Assembly (NCBI GenBank): GCA_025451045.1
Contig: JANWLD010000003.1
Span: 5,690 to 69,689, forward strand
DNA from: Candidatus Saccharimonadales bacterium
GTDB lineage: Bacteria > Patescibacteriota > Saccharimonadia > Saccharimonadales > 2-12-FULL-41-12
DNA length: 64,000 bases
Reading direction: 5' to 3'
Positions 47,044 to 56,231 of the stretch are shown here, piece by piece. The first letter of the stretch is position 1, and each line of letters starts with the position of its first letter. Position numbers and translations under genes: made by a program. The notes below the pieces were generated by a model. The model was not told the DNA's origin. It ran no database searches and saw only the letters and a program-made list of their open reading frames with translations.

Positions 47044-47066
47044 GCGGTGATTTTGGAGATTAAATT

Positions 47067-47528
47067 ATGGAAAACAGAACAGAGCGAGTAGAGGTCATAG
47101 TAGGAAAAGATGAATATTGGCACGATAAAATGACAGGTCGTGAAACAGATGAATTGACCCTTGGAGAAACCATAGAGCTTCATGGCGATGATTTGGCAGA
47201 GAAAGTAGCACTGGGCCAAATATCTGTAAAACACCTTAGACAAGCAGTGAGATTGTTAAATAGACTTGATGGGAAAGTAAGTAAACTTTTGGAGCCTTAT
47301 GGTGATGATGCCTTGGCGCTTGATTTGGAGGAAAGACTAGAAGCCGAATATAGATGGTTTGCGCACCATGTGTGTAAACATGCCCTAGACCAAGTCAAGA
47401 GCCAGTCCTCAAGAATAAGATTAAGAAATAAAATTAATAGGCCTAAATACGACCCAATGCCTGGCATGGGGCGTTTGGAGGGTCACGACTTTCAGGCTTT
47501 GAGAGAAGAGGCCGAACAGGTAGAATGA
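47067..47528 (+). CDS. Hypothetical protein
   Basis: 153-aa ORF with GGAG SD; no recognisable motif. Confidence 0.6.
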   Translation: MENRTERVEVIVGKDEYWHDKMTGRETDELTLGETIELHGDDLAEKVALGQISVKHLRQAVRLLNRLDGKVSKLLEPYGDDALALDLEERLEAEYRWFAHHVCKHALDQVKSQSSRIRLRNKINRPKYDPMPGMGRLEGHDFQALREEAEQVE

Positions 47529-47541
47529 ATAAAGGATTAAA

Positions 47542-48792
47542 ATGAAATACTCCCAGCTTTTTACTAAAACAATAAAAAATGTTCCAGCCGACGAAACGGC
47601 TCGTAATGCGCAACTCCTCATCCAAGCCGGCTATATATATAAAGATATGGCCGGTGTTTATGCCTTTTTGCCGCTAGGGCTTAAAGTTCTTGAAAACATA
47701 AAACAGATAGTCCGTGAAGAGATGAATTCCATAGGCGGGCAGGAATTGCTAATGACCAGCCTCCAAAACAAGACAACTTGGGGAAAAACTGACCGCTGGA
47801 ATAGTAAAAATGTAGACGTATGGTTTAAAACCGAACTTCAGAACGGGACGGAATTAGGCTTGGCTTGGTCGCATGAAGAACAAATAACAACAATGATGAA
47901 TCAATATCTGAAAAGTCACCGAGATCTGCCGGCTTACGTGTATCAATTTCAGAACAAATTACGAAATGAGTTAAGGGCCAAAAGCGGCATTATGCGCTGC
48001 CGTGAATTTTTAATGAAAGACCTTTACTCTTACTCGCGGGATGAAAAACAACACCAAGAATTTTATGACAAAGTCAGTGAATCATATCAACGGATTTTCA
48101 AAAGGGTTGGATTAGGCGACTCTACCTACTTTACCTTTGCTTCCGGCGGCGCGTTTACGCAATTCAGTCATGAATTTCAGACGTTATGCGAGGCGGGCGA
48201 GGACACGATTTATGTCGACAAGAAAAAGAAGCTGGCTATTAATAAAGAAGTTTTATCTGACGAAGTATTGAAGCAATTAGGAGTCAATAAAGCGGATTTG
48301 GAAGAATATAAAGCGGCCGAAGTCGGTAATATTTTTAGTTTTGGCACTGCCAAAAGCGAACAAATTGGATTATTTTTCACTGATGCGGAAGGTAGTCAAA
48401 AACCTGTTGTGCTAGGCTCGTACGGAATCGGCATAACTCGGCTGATGGGAGTTCTCGTTGAGAAATTTGCTGATGAACACGGAATAATCTGGCCGGACAA
48501 TATAGCACCGTTTAAGGTTTATCTGGCAAGTGTCGGAGTTGATAAAAAGGTCTTGGAAGCGGCCGAGAAATTATATGAAGAACTGCAAAAAGCCGGAGTA
48601 GAAGTGTTATTTGATGATAGGGACATCCGGCCCGGCGAGAAATTTGCCGATGCGGATTTGATAGGTTTGCCTTGCAGGCTAGTGGTTAGCGAGAAATCAC
48701 TTGCCGGCGGCGGGGTAGAGTTCAAGAAAAGAACTTCGGACAATACGGAAATCATCAGTTTAGACAAAGCTATAAAACGACTTGCCGAATAA
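47542..48792 (+). CDS. proS: Proline--tRNA ligase (lacking INS editing domain)
   Basis: GVYAFLPLG, SHEE, RNELRAKSGIMRCREFLMKDLY, EVGNIF, GSYGIGITR, PGEKFADADLIG. Confidence 0.96.
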   Translation: MKYSQLFTKTIKNVPADETARNAQLLIQAGYIYKDMAGVYAFLPLGLKVLENIKQIVREEMNSIGGQELLMTSLQNKTTWGKTDRWNSKNVDVWFKTELQNGTELGLAWSHEEQITTMMNQYLKSHRDLPAYVYQFQNKLRNELRAKSGIMRCREFLMKDLYSYSRDEKQHQEFYDKVSESYQRIFKRVGLGDSTYFTFASGGAFTQFSHEFQTLCEAGEDTIYVDKKKKLAINKEVLSDEVLKQLGVNKADLEEYKAAEVGNIFSFGTAKSEQIGLFFTDAEGSQKPVVLGSYGIGITRLMGVLVEKFADEHGIIWPDNIAPFKVYLASVGVDKKVLEAAEKLYEELQKAGVEVLFDDRDIRPGEKFADADLIGLPCRLVVSEKSLAGGGVEFKKRTSDNTEIISLDKAIKRLAE

Positions 48793-48857
48793 ATTCAAAT
48801 CGGTATAATCAATGTATCATTTCCTTGTATTTGTATGTTCAAGGGGAGGAGGAATAA

Positions 48858-49319
48858 ATGAAGAAACAGTTTCATATGACCAAATCAGGTATTGCTGAAC
48901 TGCAAACCGAACTAGATAGCCTGACAGCCCGCCGCGGTGAGATTGCCGATGCTATCAAAACGGCCCGCGAACAAGGTGATTTAAGTGAAAATGCCGAATA
49001 TCATTCTGCTAAGGATGACCAAGAGCGTACTGAAGCCCGGATTTCCGAGCTGGAACACATTTTAGCTAACACTGAAGTTATCAATAAGCCGCGCAGCGGT
49101 AAAAAAGTACAATTAGGCAGCACGGTAAAGCTCAAAAGCAAAGGTGGCAAAGAAAAGACTTTCCAGGTCGTCGGTACGGTTGAAGCTGACCCGCTGGAAG
49201 GCAAAATTTCCGACGAATCGCCAATCGGCCAGGCGTTAATCGGCCAAGAAGTCGGTAATTCAGTCGAAATAGTAACCCCGGCCGACACTACAACCTACAA
49301 AGTCGCCAGCATTAACTAA
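48858..49319 (+). CDS. greA: Transcription elongation factor GreA
   Basis: AREQGDLSENAEY, ISDESPIGQAL. Confidence 0.96.
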   Translation: MKKQFHMTKSGIAELQTELDSLTARRGEIADAIKTAREQGDLSENAEYHSAKDDQERTEARISELEHILANTEVINKPRSGKKVQLGSTVKLKSKGGKEKTFQVVGTVEADPLEGKISDESPIGQALIGQEVGNSVEIVTPADTTTYKVASIN

Positions 49320-49343
49320 CTCCGGTATAATTGGATAGAAGTT

Positions 49344-50870
49344 ATGCAGTGGTTGGATAAAATTGTTAATGAGTTGATTACCCGTTATCCAGAGGGTGAA
49401 ATTTTAATTGAGTCCGGCGGTTCGCCTTCTGGCGAATATCACCTTGGGCATATGCGCGAACTGGTTATCTGTGATGCGATTCTTTTAGAGTTAAGAAACC
49501 GTGGGCGCAAAGCCAAACACATATATTTTGTAGATGATCTGGACGCGCTTAGAAAAATTCCGGTAAATATTCCAGCCGAATATGAAAAATACCTAGGCCA
49601 GCCGCTCTCAGATATACCGTCGCCGGAAGGAGACAAATCTTACGCTGATTATTTTATTGAAGGCCTTAAAGCCGGCTGTGTGTCTCTGGGCGTGGAAGTT
49701 GACTTTGTCTACGCGCACGAGAAATACAGGTCTGGTTTTTTCACAGAAGCGATTGAAAAGAGCCTAGAGAATATAGAACAAATAAAAAATATTCTGGAGA
49801 GCGTATCAAACAGGAAGCTAGGAAATGAGTGGTCGCCGATTCAGGTTAACGAAGGCGGTTATCTGAAGAAACGGCGATATTTAAGCATTGATGAGTCTGC
49901 GAAGATTTTGAAATACGAAGATAAAGAGGCCAAAGAGCAATCAATCCCTTACGACTCAGGCGATATAAAGCTGGATTGGCGGATTGATTGGCCTGCCCGA
50001 TGGTGGTTGCTTGGTGTTGCGGTCGAACCATTCGGCCGCGACCATGCTTCCTCAGGAGGCTCTTATGACACCGGCGAACAAATTATTAAGGAAATCTTTG
50101 GGGCTAAAGCGCCATTGGCTGTTAAATATGACTTTATCAACCTGTTTGGCGATACTAAAAAAATGAGCGCCAGCAAAGGTACCGGACTTTCGGCAAGCGA
50201 AGCAGCCGGGATTATTCCGTCGGAAGCCATGCGCTATTTTATTTTGAACGCTCCGCCGAATAAACTACTTCATTTTGACCCGATAGGCGGACTGACACGC
50301 TTAATCGATGAATTTGCTGAACTTTTGGCCAAACCCAACAAAGACGAAAGGGAAGAAAGGCTTCTAGAGCTTTGCACGAATGGCGTGGAGTCGGTTGTCA
50401 GCAATGTTCCGTTTTCTCATCTGGTAGACAGTTACCAGTCAGCTTTAAAAGATCCTGAAAAAACACTTCAAACCATTGCTAGGACCGAGCACGCCGTCAA
50501 CGTAAAAGCTCAACGGGAAACTATCTTAAAAGAACTGAAATTTATTGATAAATGGCTAAGCAGCTGGGCGCCGGAAGAAGTTAAATTTAATATTTTGGAT
50601 GAGGTTGATGGGTCAAAATTCAGCCCGGCTGAAAAAAACTACCTTAAATTACTGGCGGAAAAGATAGAATCCGGCCCGGCTGAGCCGGACGCCGAGTGGT
50701 TTCATAAAACCATATATGAATTCAAGGATAAGACTGAGCTTGAACCCAAAAAGCTTTTTCAGACCTTATACAAAGTTCTTATTGGCAAAGATTCCGGTCC
50801 GCGCGCCGGTTGGTTTCTCTCTACGCTGCCGCGGGATTGGCTGATTAAACGTTTGAAATTAGAATCCTAA
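49344..50870 (+). CDS. lysS: Lysine--tRNA ligase, class I
   Basis: SPSG.YHLGHMRE, DDLDALRKIP, WRIDWPARW, EPFGRDH, KMSASKG, GPRAG. Confidence 0.95.
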   Translation: MQWLDKIVNELITRYPEGEILIESGGSPSGEYHLGHMRELVICDAILLELRNRGRKAKHIYFVDDLDALRKIPVNIPAEYEKYLGQPLSDIPSPEGDKSYADYFIEGLKAGCVSLGVEVDFVYAHEKYRSGFFTEAIEKSLENIEQIKNILESVSNRKLGNEWSPIQVNEGGYLKKRRYLSIDESAKILKYEDKEAKEQSIPYDSGDIKLDWRIDWPARWWLLGVAVEPFGRDHASSGGSYDTGEQIIKEIFGAKAPLAVKYDFINLFGDTKKMSASKGTGLSASEAAGIIPSEAMRYFILNAPPNKLLHFDPIGGLTRLIDEFAELLAKPNKDEREERLLELCTNGVESVVSNVPFSHLVDSYQSALKDPEKTLQTIARTEHAVNVKAQRETILKELKFIDKWLSSWAPEEVKFNILDEVDGSKFSPAEKNYLKLLAEKIESGPAEPDAEWFHKTIYEFKDKTELEPKKLFQTLYKVLIGKDSGPRAGWFLSTLPRDWLIKRLKLES

Positions 50871-51397
50871 GATAAAAGCGATTCGAATTTCTTGCGGAAT
50901 TTCTCAAGTTTTGGATTGATGATGACTTGGCAATAGCCTACATTTGGATTGTTTTTATAAAAGTCCTGATGAAAATCCTCGGCCGGCCAAAATTTTTGAA
51001 GTTTGCTGATTTTTGTAACAATCGGATCTTTCCAAAGGGTTGGCGCAAAATTTTTGGTGATGTCTTCGGCAACCTTTCTTTGCTCTTTATCGTGGTAAAA
51101 GATTTCCGAGCGGTATTCGGTTCCAACGTCGTAACCTTGACGGTTCAAAGTTGTCGGGTCGTGGACATAGTAAAAGACTTCAAGCAACTGACGATAGGAA
51201 ATTATTTCAGAATCAAAAGTTATCTGAATCGCTTCAACGTGGCCGTTGTCACTATATGCAACTTTGTCGTACGTGGGATTGTCCACAGTACCGCCGGTGT
51301 AGCCGGAAACGACTTTTTTGACGCCTTTTATTTCCTGGTAAATAGCTTCGGTGCACCAGAAACAGCCTCCCGCCAATGTAGCTTGCGACTCATGCAC
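50867..51397 (-). CDS. msrA: Peptide methionine sulfoxide reductase A
   Basis: GGCFWC, SGYTGG, HDPTTLNRQG, AEDFHQ, GYC. Confidence 0.96.
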   Translation of the reverse strand: MHESQATLAGGCFWCTEAIYQEIKGVKKVVSGYTGGTVDNPTYDKVAYSDNGHVEAIQITFDSEIISYRQLLEVFYYVHDPTTLNRQGYDVGTEYRSEIFYHDKEQRKVAEDITKNFAPTLWKDPIVTKISKLQKFWPAEDFHQDFYKNNPNVGYCQVIINPKLEKFRKKFESLLS

Positions 51398-51502
51398 CGC
51401 ACCAATCTCCCGCCAAAATAGCTTTTTGCATATAAACAGTTTATCACCGCTGAATTGTGATATAGTATTTTTAAGAAGTTATAAAAAGGGGAGAAATCAA
51501 AT

Positions 51503-52363
51503 ATGGCAAAAACTGCCAGAAAACCATCAACTAAAAAAACAAAAGCAAAAAGCGCTGCAAAGCAACCGGCTGTCGCCGCCGCGGCCGCTAAACCCAAGGC
51601 AAACAAGGCGCTGACGCTTGAAAAACTTTATAAATTTAATCTGTTCGCTGCTGCCTCTAACCTGATTTTCGCGGTCGTCAGTGTGATATTTGTTTCCAGC
51701 CAAACAGTTGATTTTACTTGGGCTTATGCGACACAAGACACGCTGGCCGGCTCGACGCTTGGTCCGGCTTACCGGACATTTATGACAGTCGAAATACGTT
51801 ACTTGTTGGCAGCGGTATTTATCCTGTCTGCAATATTTTCATTGTTACTGGCTACGAAATTGCGCAAAAACTATGAGGCCAGCGTAAAGAACGCTGCGTC
51901 TGGCTGGCGCTGGCTGTTTTCGGGGATAACACTTGCCCTGACCTTAGAAATAGCAACCTTGCTGGCCGGTATTGGAGATATGATGACCCTAAAGCTGGTC
52001 GCTGGCCTTATATTGACAACTTCGCTTTTGGCTTTCATGAGCGAGCTGGCCAACAAAGGTACAAAAAAACAATACAGAGCCTTTGCCATCAGTGTTTTTA
52101 CCGGTGTAATCGCCTGGTTCCCGTTAGCTGGAAGCCTGCTGGGAACAACATTATATGGCATCAGCAATTTTGAGTGGTATGTTTATACCTTCGCAGTTGC
52201 CGTATTAGCCGGCTTTATCGGTATTGGCTGGAGCCAATATAAACACGCTCGTGACGGTGTTTCGGCCAAAGGCTATCTGCAACTGGAAGGCAGATACGTA
52301 TCAATCGATTTTCTTATCAAGCTCGCTGCTTTCTTAATCATTATCTCAGCCCTGCATAAATAA
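51503..52363 (+). CDS. Divergent heliorhodopsin-family 7-TM protein
   Basis: Collinear with HeR motifs: LYKFN, LSAIF, YEAS...RW, GIGD, SE, GVIAW, YVY, YLQLEGRY...K273. Confidence 0.8.
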   Translation: MAKTARKPSTKKTKAKSAAKQPAVAAAAAKPKANKALTLEKLYKFNLFAAASNLIFAVVSVIFVSSQTVDFTWAYATQDTLAGSTLGPAYRTFMTVEIRYLLAAVFILSAIFSLLLATKLRKNYEASVKNAASGWRWLFSGITLALTLEIATLLAGIGDMMTLKLVAGLILTTSLLAFMSELANKGTKKQYRAFAISVFTGVIAWFPLAGSLLGTTLYGISNFEWYVYTFAVAVLAGFIGIGWSQYKHARDGVSAKGYLQLEGRYVSIDFLIKLAAFLIIISALHK

Positions 52364-52369
52364 AGTCCG

Positions 52370-53056
52370 ATGCGTTTGCACAGGTTTTACGTTGTACCTG
52401 ATACTAAGCTTGAAAAAGATTTTTGGCTTCATGACCAGCAGTTGCTCTGGCAGTGGAACAAAGTATTGCGGTTTCGCCCGGGACAAGAGGTTATATTGTT
52501 TGCCGGCCAGAAAACGGAAAGATTGTACAAGCTGGCGGAAATATCCAAAACCGAAGCCCGCTTGGCGCTAGTGACCGAAATAAAGCTCAAATTACCACAA
52601 CGCCACGTGTATTTATTTTGGAGCCTGCTAAAGCGCGAGAACAATGAATACATAATTCAAAAATGCACTGAGCTGGGCGTATCAAATTTCGTACCGATAC
52701 TTAGCGAACGGACAATTAAAAAAGATTTTAACCCGGAGCGCGCTAAAAGAATTGCAATTGAGGCCAGCGAGCAATGCGGTCGGGGCAGTGTGCCTGTTGT
52801 CAGGGAACCTCTGCATCTGGAAAAAGCTTTAGAACAATATAAGGAAAAACTTGAACTCTATGTTTGCCAGCAGGGCGGTAACCCGATTCCATCGATTGAG
52901 GGCAAAAGTGCCGGGCTTTTAATCGGTCCGGAAGGCGGCTGGAGCGAGTCCGAGCAAAAAATGTTTTCATCATCCGGTTTGACCAGTTTGGGTTTGGGTG
53001 ATTTTACGCTTCGTGCCGAAACCGCCGCGATTGTTGCTAGTTCAAAACTCTTGTAA
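52370..53056 (+). CDS. rsmE: 16S rRNA m3U1498 methyltransferase
   Basis: QKCTELGV, EASEQCGR, IGPEGGWS, LRAETAA. Confidence 0.95.
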   Translation: MRLHRFYVVPDTKLEKDFWLHDQQLLWQWNKVLRFRPGQEVILFAGQKTERLYKLAEISKTEARLALVTEIKLKLPQRHVYLFWSLLKRENNEYIIQKCTELGVSNFVPILSERTIKKDFNPERAKRIAIEASEQCGRGSVPVVREPLHLEKALEQYKEKLELYVCQQGGNPIPSIEGKSAGLLIGPEGGWSESEQKMFSSSGLTSLGLGDFTLRAETAAIVASSKLL

Positions 53057-53065
53057 GCTAGAGGA

Positions 53066-53791
53066 ATGACTTTTGGAGTAATCGGCTATGGTTCGTTCGG
53101 TAAATTGATGTCGCATGTGTTGTCCGGCTATGGAGAGGTAATTGTTCATAGTCCATCCGGCAAGAAAGATGAGGCGGCCAATATATCTTTCACTTCCTTA
53201 GAGGAGGCAGCAAAGGCAGAGATGGTAATCTTAGCTGTAAATTTGGATGTTTTGGACCAAACCAGCAAAAAACTGGCTGGCTTGGTCAATAAAAATACCA
53301 TAATAGTTGATGTCTGCTCGGTGAAATCAAAGCCTATTAAGATATTGCAGAAAAACTTCGGTGAAAACGCTAAGATTCTGGCAACGCACCCGCTTTTTGG
53401 CCCGCAGACAGTGAAAGACGGTTCGGTGTCCGGCAAAAACATCGTAGTTTGCCCGCCGGATTTCGAAGGCAAAAACCGAATAATCGATTTTTTGAAAGAC
53501 CGGCTGAAGCTCAACGTGATTGAGATGTCGGCCGAAGAACATGACCATGAAATGGCCTGGGTACACGCATTGACTTTCTTTGTCGGTCGGGGGCTGATGA
53601 AACTCGATCCGCCAAAGAGCAAGCTCTCTACCGGTTATTACCAAAAACTGCTGGATTTAGTTGAGCTGGAGTCGACTCACAGTATAGAATTATTCAATAC
53701 GGTACAGCGGGGTAATCCGTTTGCCGCCGACATAAGACGTGAGTTTATGAATAAACTCGAAAAGATAGATAGTGAAGTAGGAAAAGATTAG
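53066..53791 (+). CDS. tyrA: Prephenate/arogenate dehydrogenase (TyrA family)
   Basis: GVIGYGSFG, DVCSVK, HPLFGP, EEHDHEMA. Confidence 0.88.
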   Translation: MTFGVIGYGSFGKLMSHVLSGYGEVIVHSPSGKKDEAANISFTSLEEAAKAEMVILAVNLDVLDQTSKKLAGLVNKNTIIVDVCSVKSKPIKILQKNFGENAKILATHPLFGPQTVKDGSVSGKNIVVCPPDFEGKNRIIDFLKDRLKLNVIEMSAEEHDHEMAWVHALTFFVGRGLMKLDPPKSKLSTGYYQKLLDLVELESTHSIELFNTVQRGNPFAADIRREFMNKLEKIDSEVGKD

Positions 53792-53793
53792 AT

Positions 53794-54864
53794 ATGGAAG
53801 AGATCGATAATATTAGAAAAAATATTGACGAGATAGATGATGAGATTTTGACGTTGCTTAATAAACGGGTTGAGTGGGCTTTGAAAATAAAAAAGACAAG
53901 CCTTGGCAAAACGCCTATCAGACCGGAACGCGAAGCCAACATCGTACGCGACAAGACCGAAAAAAATCAAGGCCCGTTACCTAATACGGCAGTCAGGGAA
54001 ATTTTCACTCAGATTATAGCTTCGTTCCGCGATGACCTGCAGCTTGATAAGCCGGTAACGGTCAGTTATTTGGGGCCGGCTGGAACTTACAGCGAGGAAG
54101 CGGCGGGCAAACTCTTTGGTAGTACCATAGAACTTCATCCGGAGGAAACGATTAGTGAAGTCGTGCGTGCAGTTGAGAACGGCTCGGTTAATCTAGCCGT
54201 AGTAGCGATTGAAAATTCCAGCGAGGGTGCAGTCAGGGAGACACATCGTTTGCTTCAGTCTACTGACGCTAAGATTGTCGCCGAAATAAGCCTGCCTATT
54301 GTTCATTGCCTGCTTTCAAATGCAGCCGGTTTAGAAGATATAAAGCTCGTGTATGCGCATCCGCAAGCGCTTGGCCAGTGCCGGAACTGGTTGGCGACTC
54401 ATTTGCCAAAAGCAAAGCAAATACCGTGTGCCAGCAATTCGGCGGCGGCGGAACTAGCCGCAGAAAAGGAAAATTCAGCCGCTGTGGCCAGCCAAAAAGC
54501 CAGCGAAATTTACCAGCTTAAAATCATAGAAAAAGGCATAAACGACCAGCCGGGCAACGAAACCCGATTCATAGCTCTGGGCAATTTACAAACCCGGCCG
54601 ACCGGCCATGACAAGACTTCGATATTAGTGGTAGCCAATGACAAGCCGGGAGCACTTCATGAACTGCTGGGAATTTTGGCGGATGCCGGCATTACGATGA
54701 CCCGTCTGGAATCGCAGCCTTACAGAAAAGGCCAGTATGCTTTTTATATAGATTTTGTCGGCCATATCAAAGACGCGCCAGTAGCCGAAGCCATAAGCCG
54801 GATAGATAAGTCTGCGCGCATCTGCCAGGTCCTAGGGTCTTACCCAATGGAAATTGAGGGATAA
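53794..54864 (+). CDS. pheA: Bifunctional chorismate mutase / prephenate dehydratase (P-protein)
   Basis: AroQ domain IRKNIDEID...RPERE; LGPAGTYSE, IENSSEG, HPQALGQC, NETRF; ACT domain DKPGAL...ESQP. Confidence 0.95.
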   Translation: MEEIDNIRKNIDEIDDEILTLLNKRVEWALKIKKTSLGKTPIRPEREANIVRDKTEKNQGPLPNTAVREIFTQIIASFRDDLQLDKPVTVSYLGPAGTYSEEAAGKLFGSTIELHPEETISEVVRAVENGSVNLAVVAIENSSEGAVRETHRLLQSTDAKIVAEISLPIVHCLLSNAAGLEDIKLVYAHPQALGQCRNWLATHLPKAKQIPCASNSAAAELAAEKENSAAVASQKASEIYQLKIIEKGINDQPGNETRFIALGNLQTRPTGHDKTSILVVANDKPGALHELLGILADAGITMTRLESQPYRKGQYAFYIDFVGHIKDAPVAEAISRIDKSARICQVLGSYPMEIEG

Positions 54865-55766
54865 TGCCGGCTTTCAAACCTTATCCTTACGCTTACTTCC
54901 AGAAAAAAGTTGTGCCTATTGAAAATGCGCAAATTTCAATTATGACCAACGGGCTTCATTATGGCGTCGGGATTTACGGCGGTTTTAAAGCCTATGAGAC
55001 CAACGACGGCGTCAAAATTTTCCGGCTTGACGATCACTTGCAACGGATGAAAAACAGCGTCGGGATACTTAATTTCCCATTTGAATTCGATGTGGAAGAA
55101 ACCAAGAAAACTGTGCTAGAGCTTGCCGCGAAAAATAAGCTAACAAGCGTATCTTATATAAGACCGCTGATATACCGCTCGGACATAGTACTGTCGCCTG
55201 ATATTGCAGGAGAGTATGATTTAGCAATATACATGATGCATATGCCGGACTATTTTGATTCTGCCAAAGGCCTGGATGTGTGCGTATCCAGCTGGCAGCG
55301 CAATAGCGATAACGCTATTCCGCCGCGGACGAAAGCTACCGGCGGATACATCAATTCGGCCTTAGCCATCAATGATGCTCATGCAGCCGGTTATGATTCG
55401 GCAATCATGCTTGATTCGCGCGGAAACGTCAGCGAGGGCGCTGTAATGAACATATTTTTGGTCAAGAAAGGCAAATTGATAACGCCTTCTAGCGATAGCG
55501 ATATCTTAGAAGGCATAACCCGAAAGACAATAATCGAACTAGCCAAAGAAATGGGCATAGAGCTTGAGGAGAGGATTGTAGACAGAAGCGAGCTCTATAC
55601 GGCTGAAGAAGTGTTCTTTACCGGCACGGCAGCGAATGTTACCTGGTGTAAATCCATAGACAAAACCGAAATTGGCAAAACAATCGGCCCAGTTACCAAA
55701 AAACTGGCAACCGCCTTTGACAATTTAGTTGAAACCCACCCACAGTATTTTACGAAAGTAAGCTAG
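54864..55766 (+). CDS. ilvE: Class IV (branched-chain-type) aminotransferase
   Basis: LHYGVGIYGG, YIRP, KATGGYINS, SEGAVMN, ILEGITR, FTGTAA. Confidence 0.9.
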   Translation: MPAFKPYPYAYFQKKVVPIENAQISIMTNGLHYGVGIYGGFKAYETNDGVKIFRLDDHLQRMKNSVGILNFPFEFDVEETKKTVLELAAKNKLTSVSYIRPLIYRSDIVLSPDIAGEYDLAIYMMHMPDYFDSAKGLDVCVSSWQRNSDNAIPPRTKATGGYINSALAINDAHAAGYDSAIMLDSRGNVSEGAVMNIFLVKKGKLITPSSDSDILEGITRKTIIELAKEMGIELEERIVDRSELYTAEEVFFTGTAANVTWCKSIDKTEIGKTIGPVTKKLATAFDNLVETHPQYFTKVS

Positions 55767-56173
55767 AGGTGAGGATCGCCTAGGGCCGAACCTTCGCCTC
55801 GTTTGGCAGCCTCCATAGCTTCCTCTATGGTAGTTTCTCCTCTTTCTATAGGACCTAGCTTAACGGTCGATTCTGTGATAGCCTCTGCTTCATGGCCCTC
55901 AGCCTCCAGAGCCTCTTTTACTTTGTGCACTTGTTCGTCCTCTCTTAACCTTTTTGTTTTTTCCTCGTTATATATATTTGCGCCTATGACAGTACGGCCT
56001 TCACTCCCTTCATACGATAGCGTATAAGTTCCAAGGTCATCGGCTATTTTTTCAGCTTTTTCTTTGTCTAGAGTTGGATGAACCATAATTTCGCTCCATC
56101 TGGACGGGCCATAAGATTCGCCTAGTGCTACTTTGTGTTTTGTCATTTCAGTTTCTTTTGTTTTTGAACTCAT
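55763..56173 (-). CDS. Hypothetical acidic protein (start revised to ATG 56173)
   Basis: TTGACA-N17-TAACGT promoter 7 nt upstream of ATG 56173; no recognisable motif. Confidence 0.55.
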   Translation of the reverse strand: MSSKTKETEMTKHKVALGESYGPSRWSEIMVHPTLDKEKAEKIADDLGTYTLSYEGSEGRTVIGANIYNEEKTKRLREDEQVHKVKEALEAEGHEAEAITESTVKLGPIERGETTIEEAMEAAKRGEGSALGDPHL

Positions 56174-56231
56174 AACCATTACGTTAGCATAAACGGTTAA
56201 AATTGTCAAGGCTAGGCTATACTGTTAAGTA

